The notes below the pieces were generated by a model, which searched no databases, was not told the origin of the DNA, and worked only from the letters and a program-made list of their open reading frames with translations. The position numbers and the translations under genes are program-made. From Escherichia phage phT4A: DNA of 64,000 bases. Location: the sequence record NC_055712.1. One strand, written 5' to 3'. Shown here one piece after another: positions 9,039 through 16,799 of this stretch (its first letter is position 1; each line of letters opens with the position of its first letter).

Positions 9039-9421
9039 ATCTGTTTATGACTATTGGCGTTCCGGGTAGTGGAAAAACTACCTGGGCGCATGAGAAAGCC
9101 CGTGAATTGGGTAATACTGTTACGATCTCTCGCGATGATCTGCGTAGCTCTTTGTATAATGCNNNNNNNNNNNNNNNNNNNNNNNNNNNNNNNNNNNNNN
9201 NNNNNNNNNNNNNNNNNNNNNNNNNNNNNNNNNNNNNNNNNNNNNNNNNNNNNNNNNNNNNNGATACCAGGACAGATTTTGAAGTAAAAGAAGAAATTTT
9301 GTTTGACAAGATTTTAGATAAGTATTATCCTGTTATTGCAGTGGACGATAGAGACACTCCGGTCGGGATGTGGCGAGCAAACGGGATTCCGTGCTTACAA
9401 GTCGATTATGGTGATTTCTGA
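9035..9421 (+). CDS. pseT: polynucleotide 5'-kinase/3'-phosphatase, interior lost in gap
   Basis: N-term kinase P-loop MTIGVPGSGKTTWA; C-term phosphatase VIAVDDRDTPVGMWRANGIPCLQVDYGDF matches T4 Pnk C-terminus as recalled; about 200 aa missing. Confidence 0.85.
   Translation: MNLFMTIGVPGSGKTTWAHEKARELGNTVTISRDDLRSSLYNXXXXXXXXXXXXXXXXXXXXXXXXXXXXXXXXXXDTRTDFEVKEEILFDKILDKYYPVIAVDDRDTPVGMWRANGIPCLQVDYGDF
9163..9262. other. assembly gap (100 N)
   Basis: Run of 100 n inside pseT. Confidence 0.99.
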
Positions 9422-9449
9422 TTGACATCTAATGTGGGTATGTTAAAGT
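9422..9449 (+). promoter_or_regulatory. sigma70-type early promoter with embedded hairpin
   Basis: TTGACA-16 nt-TAAAGT; GTGGGTA..TACCCAC inverted repeat spans spacer and -10. Confidence 0.45.
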
Positions 9450-9473
9450 ACCCACACAAAAGAGGATTACATT

Positions 9474-9761
9474 ATGAACGTTATTCGTGAAGATAAAGGC
9501 ATCATGGTTGAACTTGGCGATCGCATTCGCGTAGAAAATTTGGGCGATTTTAATCAAAAAGTTCGTTTGTTGTGCCAAAAAATTGCTAACAAAATCCAGG
9601 AACAGAGAAAAGCACCAGGCGGGTTTGAAGTTAGCGCCACTCCGGTTTCTCAGTACTCGTACATTGTGTATATTCATGACGTGGATACTAACAGCACCCA
9701 ATCTTTCGGGCTGGTGTTAAATCCTATTACTGGCTACGTTACATGGGCGGTTGTATTATGA
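9474..9761 (+). CDS. hypothetical protein (95 aa)
   Basis: ORF track; SD AGAGGA upstream. Confidence 0.6.
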   Translation: MNVIREDKGIMVELGDRIRVENLGDFNQKVRLLCQKIANKIQEQRKAPGGFEVSATPVSQYSYIVYIHDVDTNSTQSFGLVLNPITGYVTWAVVL

Positions 9762-10009
9762 ACGTAAAAATTATTGATAGAGCGATGATCACGGACGAAT
9801 CTGTATACCCGGATCCTCGTTATTATGGCGGCGTTTTCGGATACATCAAAGGAACTGATATTGATGTAGTAACAAGTCCGATCGCTGAATATGATATCAA
9901 CAAAAATCAAACAGAAGTTCGCGTTACTACAATCAACGGTTCAGAATATATCGTTGAAGCGACTCCTGATTTTATCAAACAGTTACTAAAGGTGATGAAA
10001 GATGCTTGA
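9758..10009 (+). CDS. hypothetical protein (83 aa)
   Basis: Start moved to ATG 9758 (ATGA overlap with upstream stop). Confidence 0.6.
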   Translation: MNVKIIDRAMITDESVYPDPRYYGGVFGYIKGTDIDVVTSPIAEYDINKNQTEVRVTTINGSEYIVEATPDFIKQLLKVMKDA

Positions 10010-10286
10010 TCATCCTGGCTCTATGAGCATGGTTCTCCTGGAAGCATTAAAGGCATATGATATCCCTTGTCATTTCGGTGAAGTAAATGTTAATACTATT
10101 GTTGACGAAATCGACAACCCAAATACTTTCATTGCTTGTCTTGTTCGAAAATTCACAAGTTGTTTTCGTCCGAGTCCAGAAAAAGTAGTGATTAGTTCTG
10201 TTTCTGCACATCATCGAGTGTTGGATGATAGAAAGATTCAAGTTTACTGGAAAGTTCTTTATCACGTGGTGTATCATGAAGATTGA
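10002..10286 (+). CDS. hypothetical protein (94 aa)
   Basis: ORF track; 8-nt overlap with upstream gene. Confidence 0.55.
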   Translation: MLDHPGSMSMVLLEALKAYDIPCHFGEVNVNTIVDEIDNPNTFIACLVRKFTSCFRPSPEKVVISSVSAHHRVLDDRKIQVYWKVLYHVVYHED

Positions 10287-10782
10287 TGATATTATGTTTA
10301 TGCTTAGAGCGGTAAGCGCTTCTAAGTTCTCTCAATGTGTCTCTGTTAATGTCGGTGCTGCGTTGAGAAATGGTAACGGGCGTGTGTTTGTAGGCGCAAA
10401 TAATACGGTTGATCCTAGTCATCGTTGTACAGATCAGTGCAATCACTTATTAGATGATAACGGGAAACTGAGTGAAGAAAAGCGCCCTGAACATTCACAA
10501 TGGTCAGATCGCAACGAAGTACACGCAGAAATGCGCGTTATTATGCTGGCGGCGTCTCATGAACAAATCAAAGACGCAACTTTGTATACAACTCATTCCC
10601 CTTGCTCACAATGTGCGAAAAATATCGAATTTTGTGTTGCAACAGGTATGATTAAGCGTGTAGTATATCTACATAAATACGATCGTGGTGGCATCGAGTG
10701 GATATGGCGTCTACAGCAATACGGTGCCGAAGTAGTACAACTTGACCCCGAAGAAATGAATAAACATTTCCGGATCAAATAA
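10276..10782 (+). CDS. cd: dCMP deaminase
   Basis: Zinc motifs HAEMRVI and PCSQCAKNI; start at ATG 10276 gives MKIDD.. in line with T4 Cd length. Confidence 0.9.
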   Translation: MKIDDIMFMLRAVSASKFSQCVSVNVGAALRNGNGRVFVGANNTVDPSHRCTDQCNHLLDDNGKLSEEKRPEHSQWSDRNEVHAEMRVIMLAASHEQIKDATLYTTHSPCSQCAKNIEFCVATGMIKRVVYLHKYDRGGIEWIWRLQQYGAEVVQLDPEEMNKHFRIK

Positions 10783-10785
10783 CAA

Positions 10786-11139
10786 ATGAGTAAATGTATG
10801 TCTGAACTGAGTGTAAAAGCATCCTTTGAATATGTTTTGATTGAAACCAACGCTAAAGCGGCTGGAACTGAAATTGTATCACCTTCTGGTATTGTGACTG
10901 GTGTTCGTCAACACGGCGAGGAACCGATCTACGGCACAGTGTTATCATGTGGGCCGGATGTACCGGAAGAATATAAAACCCTGCTTATGGGTAAGCGAGT
11001 ACCGCTTCCTCATGCACAAATGGCAAACGTGCCGGATCCTGAACTGATTGCAGGAAAGGCAACAAAAGAAGAAGCTCGCAAGTATCCGGTTAAATATGTA
11101 ACCGCACACTATAAAGCGATTCAAGCAATTTACGAATAA
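10786..11139 (+). CDS. 31: GroES-like co-chaperonin gp31 (alternative start 10798)
   Basis: Collinear with T4 gp31 as recalled: FEYVLIE..SGIVTG..VLSCGPDVPE..VTAHYKAIQAIYE (T4 VTCHYKAIPCLYK). Confidence 0.8.
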   Translation: MSKCMSELSVKASFEYVLIETNAKAAGTEIVSPSGIVTGVRQHGEEPIYGTVLSCGPDVPEEYKTLLMGKRVPLPHAQMANVPDPELIAGKATKEEARKYPVKYVTAHYKAIQAIYE

Positions 11140-11149
11140 GAGATCCAAC

Positions 11150-11401
11150 ATGGCTAAACAAATTCAAGCAATCATCGCCGATACCGTCGCAAAATCCAAA
11201 AAACTTTTCGACAAAGGCGACATCCTCGAAGCACCGACCCGCATCGATGTAATGACTTCAATGATCATTGATGCTCACCAGGGAAAACTGAATTCCCGTG
11301 CTTCGGAAGTAATGGAATACATCGTACAGTTCGAGGATGTATGCAAATACGCCAAAGCTGTTGATCCGGCTGTTCGCGAAATCTACCGCAAACAGTTCTA
11401 A
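11150..11401 (+). CDS. hypothetical protein (83 aa) at the T4 rIII position
   Basis: ORF track; directly follows gene 31; size equals T4 RIII (82 aa); positional inference only. Confidence 0.6.
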   Translation: MAKQIQAIIADTVAKSKKLFDKGDILEAPTRIDVMTSMIIDAHQGKLNSRASEVMEYIVQFEDVCKYAKAVDPAVREIYRKQF

Positions 11402-11408
11402 AAATATT

Positions 11409-11485
11409 GGCCCCTTAGCTCAATAGGTAGAGCTAATCACTCATAATGGTTAGGTTCCCGGTTCAAGTCACGGGAGGGGCCACCA
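11409..11485 (+). tRNA. tRNA-Met (or Ile2) anticodon CAU, CCA encoded
   Basis: Acceptor GGCCCCT/AGGGGCC, D arm GCTC/GAGC, anticodon loop CTCATAA; T arm CCCGG-TTCAAGT-C(A)CGGG has a 1-nt bulge. Confidence 0.7.
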
Positions 11486-11490
11486 AACAA

Positions 11491-11567
11491 GGCAAGGCAC
11501 TTAGAGAAGCGGGAGGAACAGAATCTGATTCTGTTGGTTGTAGGTGCAAATCCTACCCTTGCCACCA
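11491..11567 (+). tRNA. tRNA-Gln anticodon CUG, CCA encoded
   Basis: Acceptor GGCAAGG/CCTTGCC, anticodon arm ACAGA-ATCTGAT-TCTGT, T arm GTAGG-TGCAAAT-CCTAC; D stem weak. Confidence 0.8.
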
Positions 11568-11716
11568 AATTTGGGTGCGTAGCGCAATGCCGTTAAATGG
11601 TTCGGAATATGCAACCTTATCCACAGGAAAGGCTCTGTTGGTATCCGGTAATAGGTTCCCCGGAATGCGGGGTGAAGTAAAGAAACTTCCAGCCCACTAA
11701 TTTTAATGAGGTTTAT

Positions 11717-11998
11717 ATGAAATTTCGTGAAACTGTGAAATACCATAACGCGGTCGAATATACGCAGATTTTTGTTGATATGTCTCCTGCAAAATTCAAA
11801 GAACGCTATGGCATGACATTTAATGAATGGAAAGATGGATTGTCCGATGGGGATTACCGAAAAAACTTCAAATTCAGTGAATGTTATGTGGATGATGACC
11901 CTTACGATCTGGATGTTTGTAGTAAAACAACACCTCTCATTGAGAATTCACCAGAACAGCTTTACGAATCTTGTATTGATTCTGCATACGAAATTTAA
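11717..11998 (+). CDS. hypothetical protein (93 aa)
   Basis: ORF track; SD GAGG upstream. Confidence 0.6.
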   Translation: MKFRETVKYHNAVEYTQIFVDMSPAKFKERYGMTFNEWKDGLSDGDYRKNFKFSECYVDDDPYDLDVCSKTTPLIENSPEQLYESCIDSAYEI

Positions 11999-12007
11999 AG
12001 AGATAAC

Positions 12008-12427
12008 ATGAAAAATTTACAAAAACTGTTTAAAATGTCTCCGGCAATTAGAAAAATCATCGGAGAAAGCAATCCAACGAATCGCAATAAAAAGTTGATG
12101 GAACTTTTTGTAAAAGAGTTCGATGATTTTGATTCTGAACTTCGTAAAGCGCTTGAGGCATATTCCAAACAAGGGTTCTTTGCATCGCCGCAAGTGAATA
12201 GTAAGAAAGAGTATAGCGAACGATTCTTTGATTGGGAGATTGTCAACCTCGTTCGTAGAACAAATATATCTCCGAGCAATCACCAATTGATTTCTCTTGA
12301 TACTTCGGTATTCTTCATCCAGTATCTTATTAGTGGTGGTTTCAAAAATCCTGAAATTCCGTTTACAAATGAAGCGGTTAGCAGTGAATTTGATGAATCA
12401 TTTGTATACATCAACACAAACAAATAA
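12008..12427 (+). CDS. hypothetical protein (139 aa)
   Basis: ORF track; followed by strong terminator. Confidence 0.6.
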   Translation: MKNLQKLFKMSPAIRKIIGESNPTNRNKKLMELFVKEFDDFDSELRKALEAYSKQGFFASPQVNSKKEYSERFFDWEIVNLVRRTNISPSNHQLISLDTSVFFIQYLISGGFKNPEIPFTNEAVSSEFDESFVYINTNK

Positions 12428-12433
12428 TCAAAT

Positions 12434-12459
12434 GGCTATCTTCGGATAGCCTTATTTTT
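12434..12459 (+). terminator. rho-independent terminator
   Basis: GGCTATC-TTCG-GATAGCC then TTATTTTT. Confidence 0.75.
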
Positions 12460-12462
12460 GGG

Positions 12463-13035
12463 GTGTCTATGCGCTTTTTAAAGTATGCAAGTTGGATCGT
12501 ACTCGTCCCTCTTGACATTATTACTGGAGTATTAGCAATTCTGTTTGCCCCGTTTGTTGTACCATTCTACAACGAGAAAACAGGGCATCTTCCTAAAGGC
12601 TTCCGGTGGATGGAAACCTTCGATAACCCTATTGATGGTGATGGTGGACATATCCGCCGTTGGGCGTCCATACGCTATCATCTGGGGGATTTTGGGGTGT
12701 ACATGCAACGTGTTGGCTGGTTGTGGAGAAACAAGGCTTATAACTTCGCATATCACGTTTTAGGACGTGAAGCGACAAGCAAATTCAACTGGAAAGGCAA
12801 CCCAAAAACAGAAGGTGGGCCGAACCCTGTAAATCATGGGTATCTGCTCATGTGGAACGAATCAGCATGGGGTTTGTACGTTTACAAACCGTGGCTACGG
12901 ATCCACAAAGTGCAATTCTGTTTGCGCGTTTATGCTGGATGGAAACTGAAACAAGAAGTTAGCGACCCAGTTAACCTGGATCGTGCAATGCTGGCGTTTC
13001 ATTTCAACCCGTTCAGGTATTATGTAATCAAGTAA
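12463..13035 (+). CDS. membrane protein, unknown function (190 aa)
   Basis: GTG 12463 or ATG 12469; TM segment [23 protein letters not shown]; Trp-rich C-terminal domain. Confidence 0.65.
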   Translation: MSMRFLKYASWIVLVPLDIITGVLAILFAPFVVPFYNEKTGHLPKGFRWMETFDNPIDGDGGHIRRWASIRYHLGDFGVYMQRVGWLWRNKAYNFAYHVLGREATSKFNWKGNPKTEGGPNPVNHGYLLMWNESAWGLYVYKPWLRIHKVQFCLRVYAGWKLKQEVSDPVNLDRAMLAFHFNPFRYYVIK

Positions 13036-13045
13036 AGGTAATACA

Positions 13046-13408
13046 ATGAAAGCATTTCAAATTTTAGAAGGTTTGCATACTGGTACGATCTATCTGGAAG
13101 AAGGTAACGACGTTCGGATCGTAGTATCAAAAACATTAACTATGGATTCTGTGATCGGTAAAGCTCGCGTTACTCCGTTTGAAAAGCGAGAGATTGAGAT
13201 CGAATATCAACCAACTGTTAAGGTGGAAGGTGGACAGCATTTAAACGTAAACGTGTTGCGCCGCGAAACTCTCCTGGATGCGGTTGAACATCCTGAAAAA
13301 TATCCACAATTGACGATCCGTGTATCTGGTTATGCAGTGCGTTTTAACTCACTGACCCCTGAACAGCAACGCGACGTTATCGCCCGAACCTTTACAGAGA
13401 GTCTATAA
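13046..13408 (+). CDS. grcA: autonomous glycyl-radical cofactor (GrcA/YfiD-like)
   Basis: C-terminal [56 protein letters not shown] is almost identical to E. coli GrcA as recalled; N-terminal ~55 aa diverged. Confidence 0.85.
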   Translation: MKAFQILEGLHTGTIYLEEGNDVRIVVSKTLTMDSVIGKARVTPFEKREIEIEYQPTVKVEGGQHLNVNVLRRETLLDAVEHPEKYPQLTIRVSGYAVRFNSLTPEQQRDVIARTFTESL

Positions 13409-13677
13409 TGGCAATTGATGATATCAAGGGTTATAAACCCCATACTGATAAAAAAGTAGAAACGGTAAACCGTATCAAAGATGCTGAAAATGCATTAGGT
13501 GCAATCCTGGAAGATATCGAACAGCGACTATCAAATTCAGATATTGATTCACTGATAGAGGAAGAATTAGATGAGGTGCTTGAACGTATCCATCAAATTC
13601 AACTAGCGAAAGACCGACTGAAAGAAGCCTCTATGTGGGCGTGTCGTGCGGTGTTTCAGCCTGACGAAAAATATTAA
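13408..13677 (+). CDS. hypothetical acidic protein (89 aa)
   Basis: ORF track; TAATG overlap with grcA stop. Confidence 0.6.
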   Translation: MAIDDIKGYKPHTDKKVETVNRIKDAENALGAILEDIEQRLSNSDIDSLIEEELDEVLERIHQIQLAKDRLKEASMWACRAVFQPDEKY

Positions 13678-13684
13678 AAATCAA

Positions 13685-13718
13685 GCCGTTGCCGAAAGGT
13701 AGCGGCTTTTTCTTTTTT
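13685..13718 (+). terminator. rho-independent terminator
   Basis: GCCGTTGCC-GAAA-GGTAGCGGC then TTTTTCTTTTTT. Confidence 0.7.
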
Positions 13719-13732
13719 GGTGTAAAAAGTTG

Positions 13733-13761
13733 TTGACTCCCTTCTCACATTCCCTTATAGT
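13733..13761 (+). promoter_or_regulatory. strong sigma70-type early promoter
   Basis: TTGACT-17 nt-TATAGT. Confidence 0.7.
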
Positions 13762-13802
13762 TAATCCCGTAGACAAGAAAACACTTTTATGAGGATGACA
13801 TT

Positions 13803-14096
13803 ATGAAACGCTCTTACAACATGAATGAACTGGTTTTCTTCAAAACTCGTCGTGAAGCACGTGCTTACGTTCTGGCGGCTGGTAAAAATACTTCTGCTGC
13901 TATCGATATGGGTACTGATAAAGCTGTTGGTGCTCGTTGGGCCGCTGTTATCGTTATCGCTGCTCCGGTTACTCCGGTTAAAACTCTGGTACTTGGTGCG
14001 CGTCACGCCGAAACTCTTAACACTGCTGCAAGCGGTAGGGGCCACGAAGTTAAAGTGTTCAAGAAGCGTTCTTATCTTTCATGTGCAAGGGGTTAA
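13803..14096 (+). CDS. hypothetical basic, Ala-rich early protein (97 aa)
   Basis: First ORF after strong promoter; codon usage dominated by GCT/GGT/CGT/ACT/CTG; FKTRREARAY..RWAAV. Confidence 0.6.
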   Translation: MKRSYNMNELVFFKTRREARAYVLAAGKNTSAAIDMGTDKAVGARWAAVIVIAAPVTPVKTLVLGARHAETLNTAASGRGHEVKVFKKRSYLSCARG

Positions 14097-14098
14097 CT

Positions 14099-14338
14099 AT
14101 GGCACGATTCATATATAAAGTGGAATACGAAAATACTGAGTTATCTGATACCTTTTTGAAGATGATTCGTGACCACGGGCAACGTCTGGAAAGAGTAACG
14201 ATTGATACTGCGTTTGATTGTCCTGTTGGGTTGGTTCTAACATTATCTTGCAGCCCTGCAAAAGAATCAGCCCGTGTTGAAATGTTACATAAACTAAATG
14301 CATTTTATGAAGGTGGTAGTGTATGGCGAGTATTGTAA
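14099..14338 (+). CDS. hypothetical protein (79 aa)
   Basis: Start moved to ATG 14099, 2 nt after upstream stop. Confidence 0.55.
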   Translation: MARFIYKVEYENTELSDTFLKMIRDHGQRLERVTIDTAFDCPVGLVLTLSCSPAKESARVEMLHKLNAFYEGGSVWRVL

Positions 14339-14493
14339 AATTTTTCACCGACTCAGTGAAAGAAATTAACAGCGCTCTGGAACAATGGAACACTCGCTGT
14401 GATGTATCCATTAAATCAGAGTACGAAACAACTTATGATCGTTATGATCAGGCCCGTGGTTTGCACAATAACCCCCATGAGGTGGAAGTGTGA
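14323..14493 (+). CDS. hypothetical small protein (56 aa)
   Basis: Manual: MASIVKFFTDSVKEINSALEQWNTRCD..; fills otherwise empty coding space. Confidence 0.4.
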   Translation: MASIVKFFTDSVKEINSALEQWNTRCDVSIKSEYETTYDRYDQARGLHNNPHEVEV

Positions 14494-14642
14494 AATACTA
14501 CGGATTCAAAACGAGTCATTTTGGTAAAGCGTATCGTACAGAAAACATCGATCGCAAACGTCCGTACTATGATTCTTTAGTACGCGCGGGACGCAAACGC
14601 GCTCGCCAGGAAGGGAAGAAGGAAGCAGAAAATGAACTTTGA
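14490..14642 (+). CDS. hypothetical basic small protein (50 aa, GTG start)
   Basis: Manual: (M)KYYGFKTSHFGKAYRTENIDRKRPYYDSLVRAGRKRARQEGKKEAENEL; GTGTGA overlap. Confidence 0.35.
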   Translation: MKYYGFKTSHFGKAYRTENIDRKRPYYDSLVRAGRKRARQEGKKEAENEL

Positions 14643-14736
14643 TCAACCCATTGCAATGATAATCGGTGCTGTCCTGGGAATGCTTCTTTTGTTTGGCGGA
14701 ATCCCATTAACTGCATATATCATGAGGTTATTCTAA
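14632..14736 (+). CDS. hypothetical single-TM micro-protein (34 aa)
   Basis: Manual: MNFDQPIAMIIGAVLGMLLLFGGIPLTAYIMRLF. Confidence 0.4.
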   Translation: MNFDQPIAMIIGAVLGMLLLFGGIPLTAYIMRLF

Positions 14737-14737
14737 A

Positions 14738-15178
14738 ATGGACATCGGATCAGGTAGTCAGTATCCCTCATGCGCTTTAAGCAACTTTGCCCCGCATCCG
14801 TTTACGTTCGACGGGGTAGAATGCGCATCGATGGAGGGGCTTTTACAAAGCCTGAAATTCAGCAATCCAGACATGCAAGCGCATGTATGTACGCTGGTTG
14901 GTAAAGCCGCCAAGTTCAAAGGCAAGAAAAAGAAATGGTATCGCGATCAGACCTTGTACTGGAAAGGTACACCGATCCATCGCGAATCCGAAGCGTACCA
15001 GATTCTTATTGAAAATGCGTACAATGCTCTTTTCCTGAATGACGGGTTCCGCCGTGCGCTGGCAGCAACCGGAAAAAGTACCTTGACACATTCAATGGGG
15101 AAATCTCGTATGAACGAAACTATTCTGACAGAACGAGAATTTATTAGAAATTTGAACAGGTTGAGAAATTTGTTATGA
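14738..15178 (+). CDS. NADAR (YbiA/DUF1768) domain protein
   Basis: CALSNFAPHPFTFDGVECASMEGLLQSLKF matches the NADAR signature (SNF.P.PF..DG....S.E...Q..KF). Confidence 0.75.
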   Translation: MDIGSGSQYPSCALSNFAPHPFTFDGVECASMEGLLQSLKFSNPDMQAHVCTLVGKAAKFKGKKKKWYRDQTLYWKGTPIHRESEAYQILIENAYNALFLNDGFRRALAATGKSTLTHSMGKSRMNETILTEREFIRNLNRLRNLL

Positions 15179-15693
15179 AAAGCGCTGATAACCTAAAAAA
15201 AGAAATTGAAGGAATCAAGAAATTATTGCATTATATCGATGTTGATATAGAGACTGGAATATGTACTTGGAAAAGACCCAGAAAATCTATAAATGTTGGT
15301 GATGTTGCTGGATGTAAGAAAGAAAAATATCATGTTATTTGTTTCGATTATAGGTTGTATAGACGACACAGGATTGTGTTCTATTTTGCTAAAGGTTACT
15401 TACCTCAAGTAGTAGACCACATTCATGGTGTTGAACATGGCGACGGTATTGATAATTTACAAGAGGCATCGCAAAGACAAAACGTTATTAAAAAGAAAGG
15501 ACAGAAAAACAACAAAAGTGGTTATCGAGGGGTGTGTTGGTCGTCTCGTGCTGAAAAGTATCGAGCAACTATAGGTATTGATGGAAAACAAATACATTTA
15601 GGATATTTCGATACTCCAGAAGAAGCAAGTAAAGCATATCATCAAAAAGCGAAAGAAACTTTTGGTGATTTTTATAATCCATTGGTTAAATGA
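15175..15693 (+). CDS. free-standing HNH-AP2 homing endonuclease (paralog 2; mobile)
   Basis: RHRIVFYFAKGYLPQVVDHIHG..GIDNLQ plus YRGVCWSSRAEKYRATIGIDGKQIHLGYFDTPEEA; ATGA overlap with NADAR stop. Confidence 0.85.
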   Translation: MKSADNLKKEIEGIKKLLHYIDVDIETGICTWKRPRKSINVGDVAGCKKEKYHVICFDYRLYRRHRIVFYFAKGYLPQVVDHIHGVEHGDGIDNLQEASQRQNVIKKKGQKNNKSGYRGVCWSSRAEKYRATIGIDGKQIHLGYFDTPEEASKAYHQKAKETFGDFYNPLVK

Positions 15694-15965
15694 GATCTGT
15701 TATGAGTGAAAAAGAAAGAGTAGAATGCGTGTTCCTGTTCAAAGGCGCGATTAATCCATTAGCGTTACTGTATGCGCAACATGCATTACGTTCAACGTTG
15801 ATTCAGAGTGTTATCTATAAAGCAGGTGTGTATTATGTTACCATCGGCGCAAATAACATGGTTGTTATTGAATCCTATGTTAAGGAATGTGCATCAAACG
15901 GCGTTGTCTTTGATAAAGTCGATTTTGATGCAGGGGTAGATGCTGTTTATATGTATAAGGGTTGA
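15690..15965 (+). CDS. hypothetical protein (91 aa)
   Basis: ORF track; ATGA coupling. Confidence 0.55.
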   Translation: MRSVMSEKERVECVFLFKGAINPLALLYAQHALRSTLIQSVIYKAGVYYVTIGANNMVVIESYVKECASNGVVFDKVDFDAGVDAVYMYKG

Positions 15966-15966
15966 T

Positions 15967-16188
15967 ATGAGTTACGTAGTTTATTTCGATTGTTCGGATC
16001 TCGATCCGTTCGTGCTTCAACAGGCAAAGAAATATCATCAAGATGTCGTTGGCATTGGTGTAACAAATGATGATATGTTGTGCATCGAATTTGAATATTA
16101 TCGGACATTTGAGCGTGAACAATTCCTGGGTGAATTGAATGCATTCAAAAGTACCCTTTTCTTTGATCGTTATGAGGTTATATCTTGA
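15967..16188 (+). CDS. hypothetical protein (73 aa)
   Basis: Start moved to ATG 15967, just after upstream stop. Confidence 0.55.
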   Translation: MSYVVYFDCSDLDPFVLQQAKKYHQDVVGIGVTNDDMLCIEFEYYRTFEREQFLGELNAFKSTLFFDRYEVIS

Positions 16189-16799
16189 AACCTGTTATTC
16201 TTACCGATATTGACGGGATCGCCGTAAAATGGCAGTCGGGGTTGCCTTTCTTTTTGTCTAAGCACAACATGCCTACTGATATTGCATTGGAAATGGTTAC
16301 GGATGAAAAATTTCGTGATATGACCGAAATCTTCGGATGTGATCAGCAGTTGGCTAAAATCCTTATGGAAGAATACAATAACAGTTCTTTCATTCGTTAT
16401 CTGAATGCGTATGATGATGCATTGATTGTGATCAACCGTCTGAAAACGCAGTATGATTTCGTTGCCGTTACCGCTCTGGGAACAACACCAACGGCAAGCC
16501 TTAACCGAATTGCTAACCTGAATACTCTTTTCCCGTCTGCGTTTAAAGAGGTGATGGTCGTGGGCCACGGTGAAACAAAAACTCATCGTTACCTGGAAGC
16601 AAAAGCAAAGTATGGTAATCGTCTGGTTTGCTTTGTTGATGATCTCGCGATAAACTTAAACGAATGTCATAACGTCATTAGTCAGTTGCCGTTATTCCAT
16701 ATGTTACGTGGTGAACGTGAAGAAACAAATGCACCTCACCAGTTAGTAAAATCGTGGTTTGAAATTGAAGAGAAACTAAATGATCTTGTCAATCCTTAA
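16185..16799 (+). CDS. HAD-superfamily phosphatase
   Basis: Motif I ILTDIDGIAV, motif IV CFVDDLAINL; TTG start overlapping upstream stop. Confidence 0.65.
   Translation: MKPVILTDIDGIAVKWQSGLPFFLSKHNMPTDIALEMVTDEKFRDMTEIFGCDQQLAKILMEEYNNSSFIRYLNAYDDALIVINRLKTQYDFVAVTALGTTPTASLNRIANLNTLFPSAFKEVMVVGHGETKTHRYLEAKAKYGNRLVCFVDDLAINLNECHNVISQLPLFHMLRGEREETNAPHQLVKSWFEIEEKLNDLVNP

Noticed and set aside
11446-11700. 84-aa ORF in the track covering the tRNA region
   Set aside because: It runs straight through two well-formed tRNA genes, has no SD, and its composition reflects tRNA stems. It is not a gene.
11571-11700. Possible third tRNA after tRNA-Gln
   Set aside because: The 5' end looks tRNA-like (GGGTGCGTAGCGCAATG), but I could not pair a D stem, an anticodon arm or a T arm, and there is no matching acceptor 3' strand. 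It is kept only as an unassigned non-coding region.
13825-14118. Alternative-frame 97-aa Leu-rich ORF overlapping 13803..14096
   Set aside because: It has a poly-Leu/Val composition typical of an off-frame reading of a GCT/GGT-rich gene. The 13803 frame has the better start context directly after the promoter.
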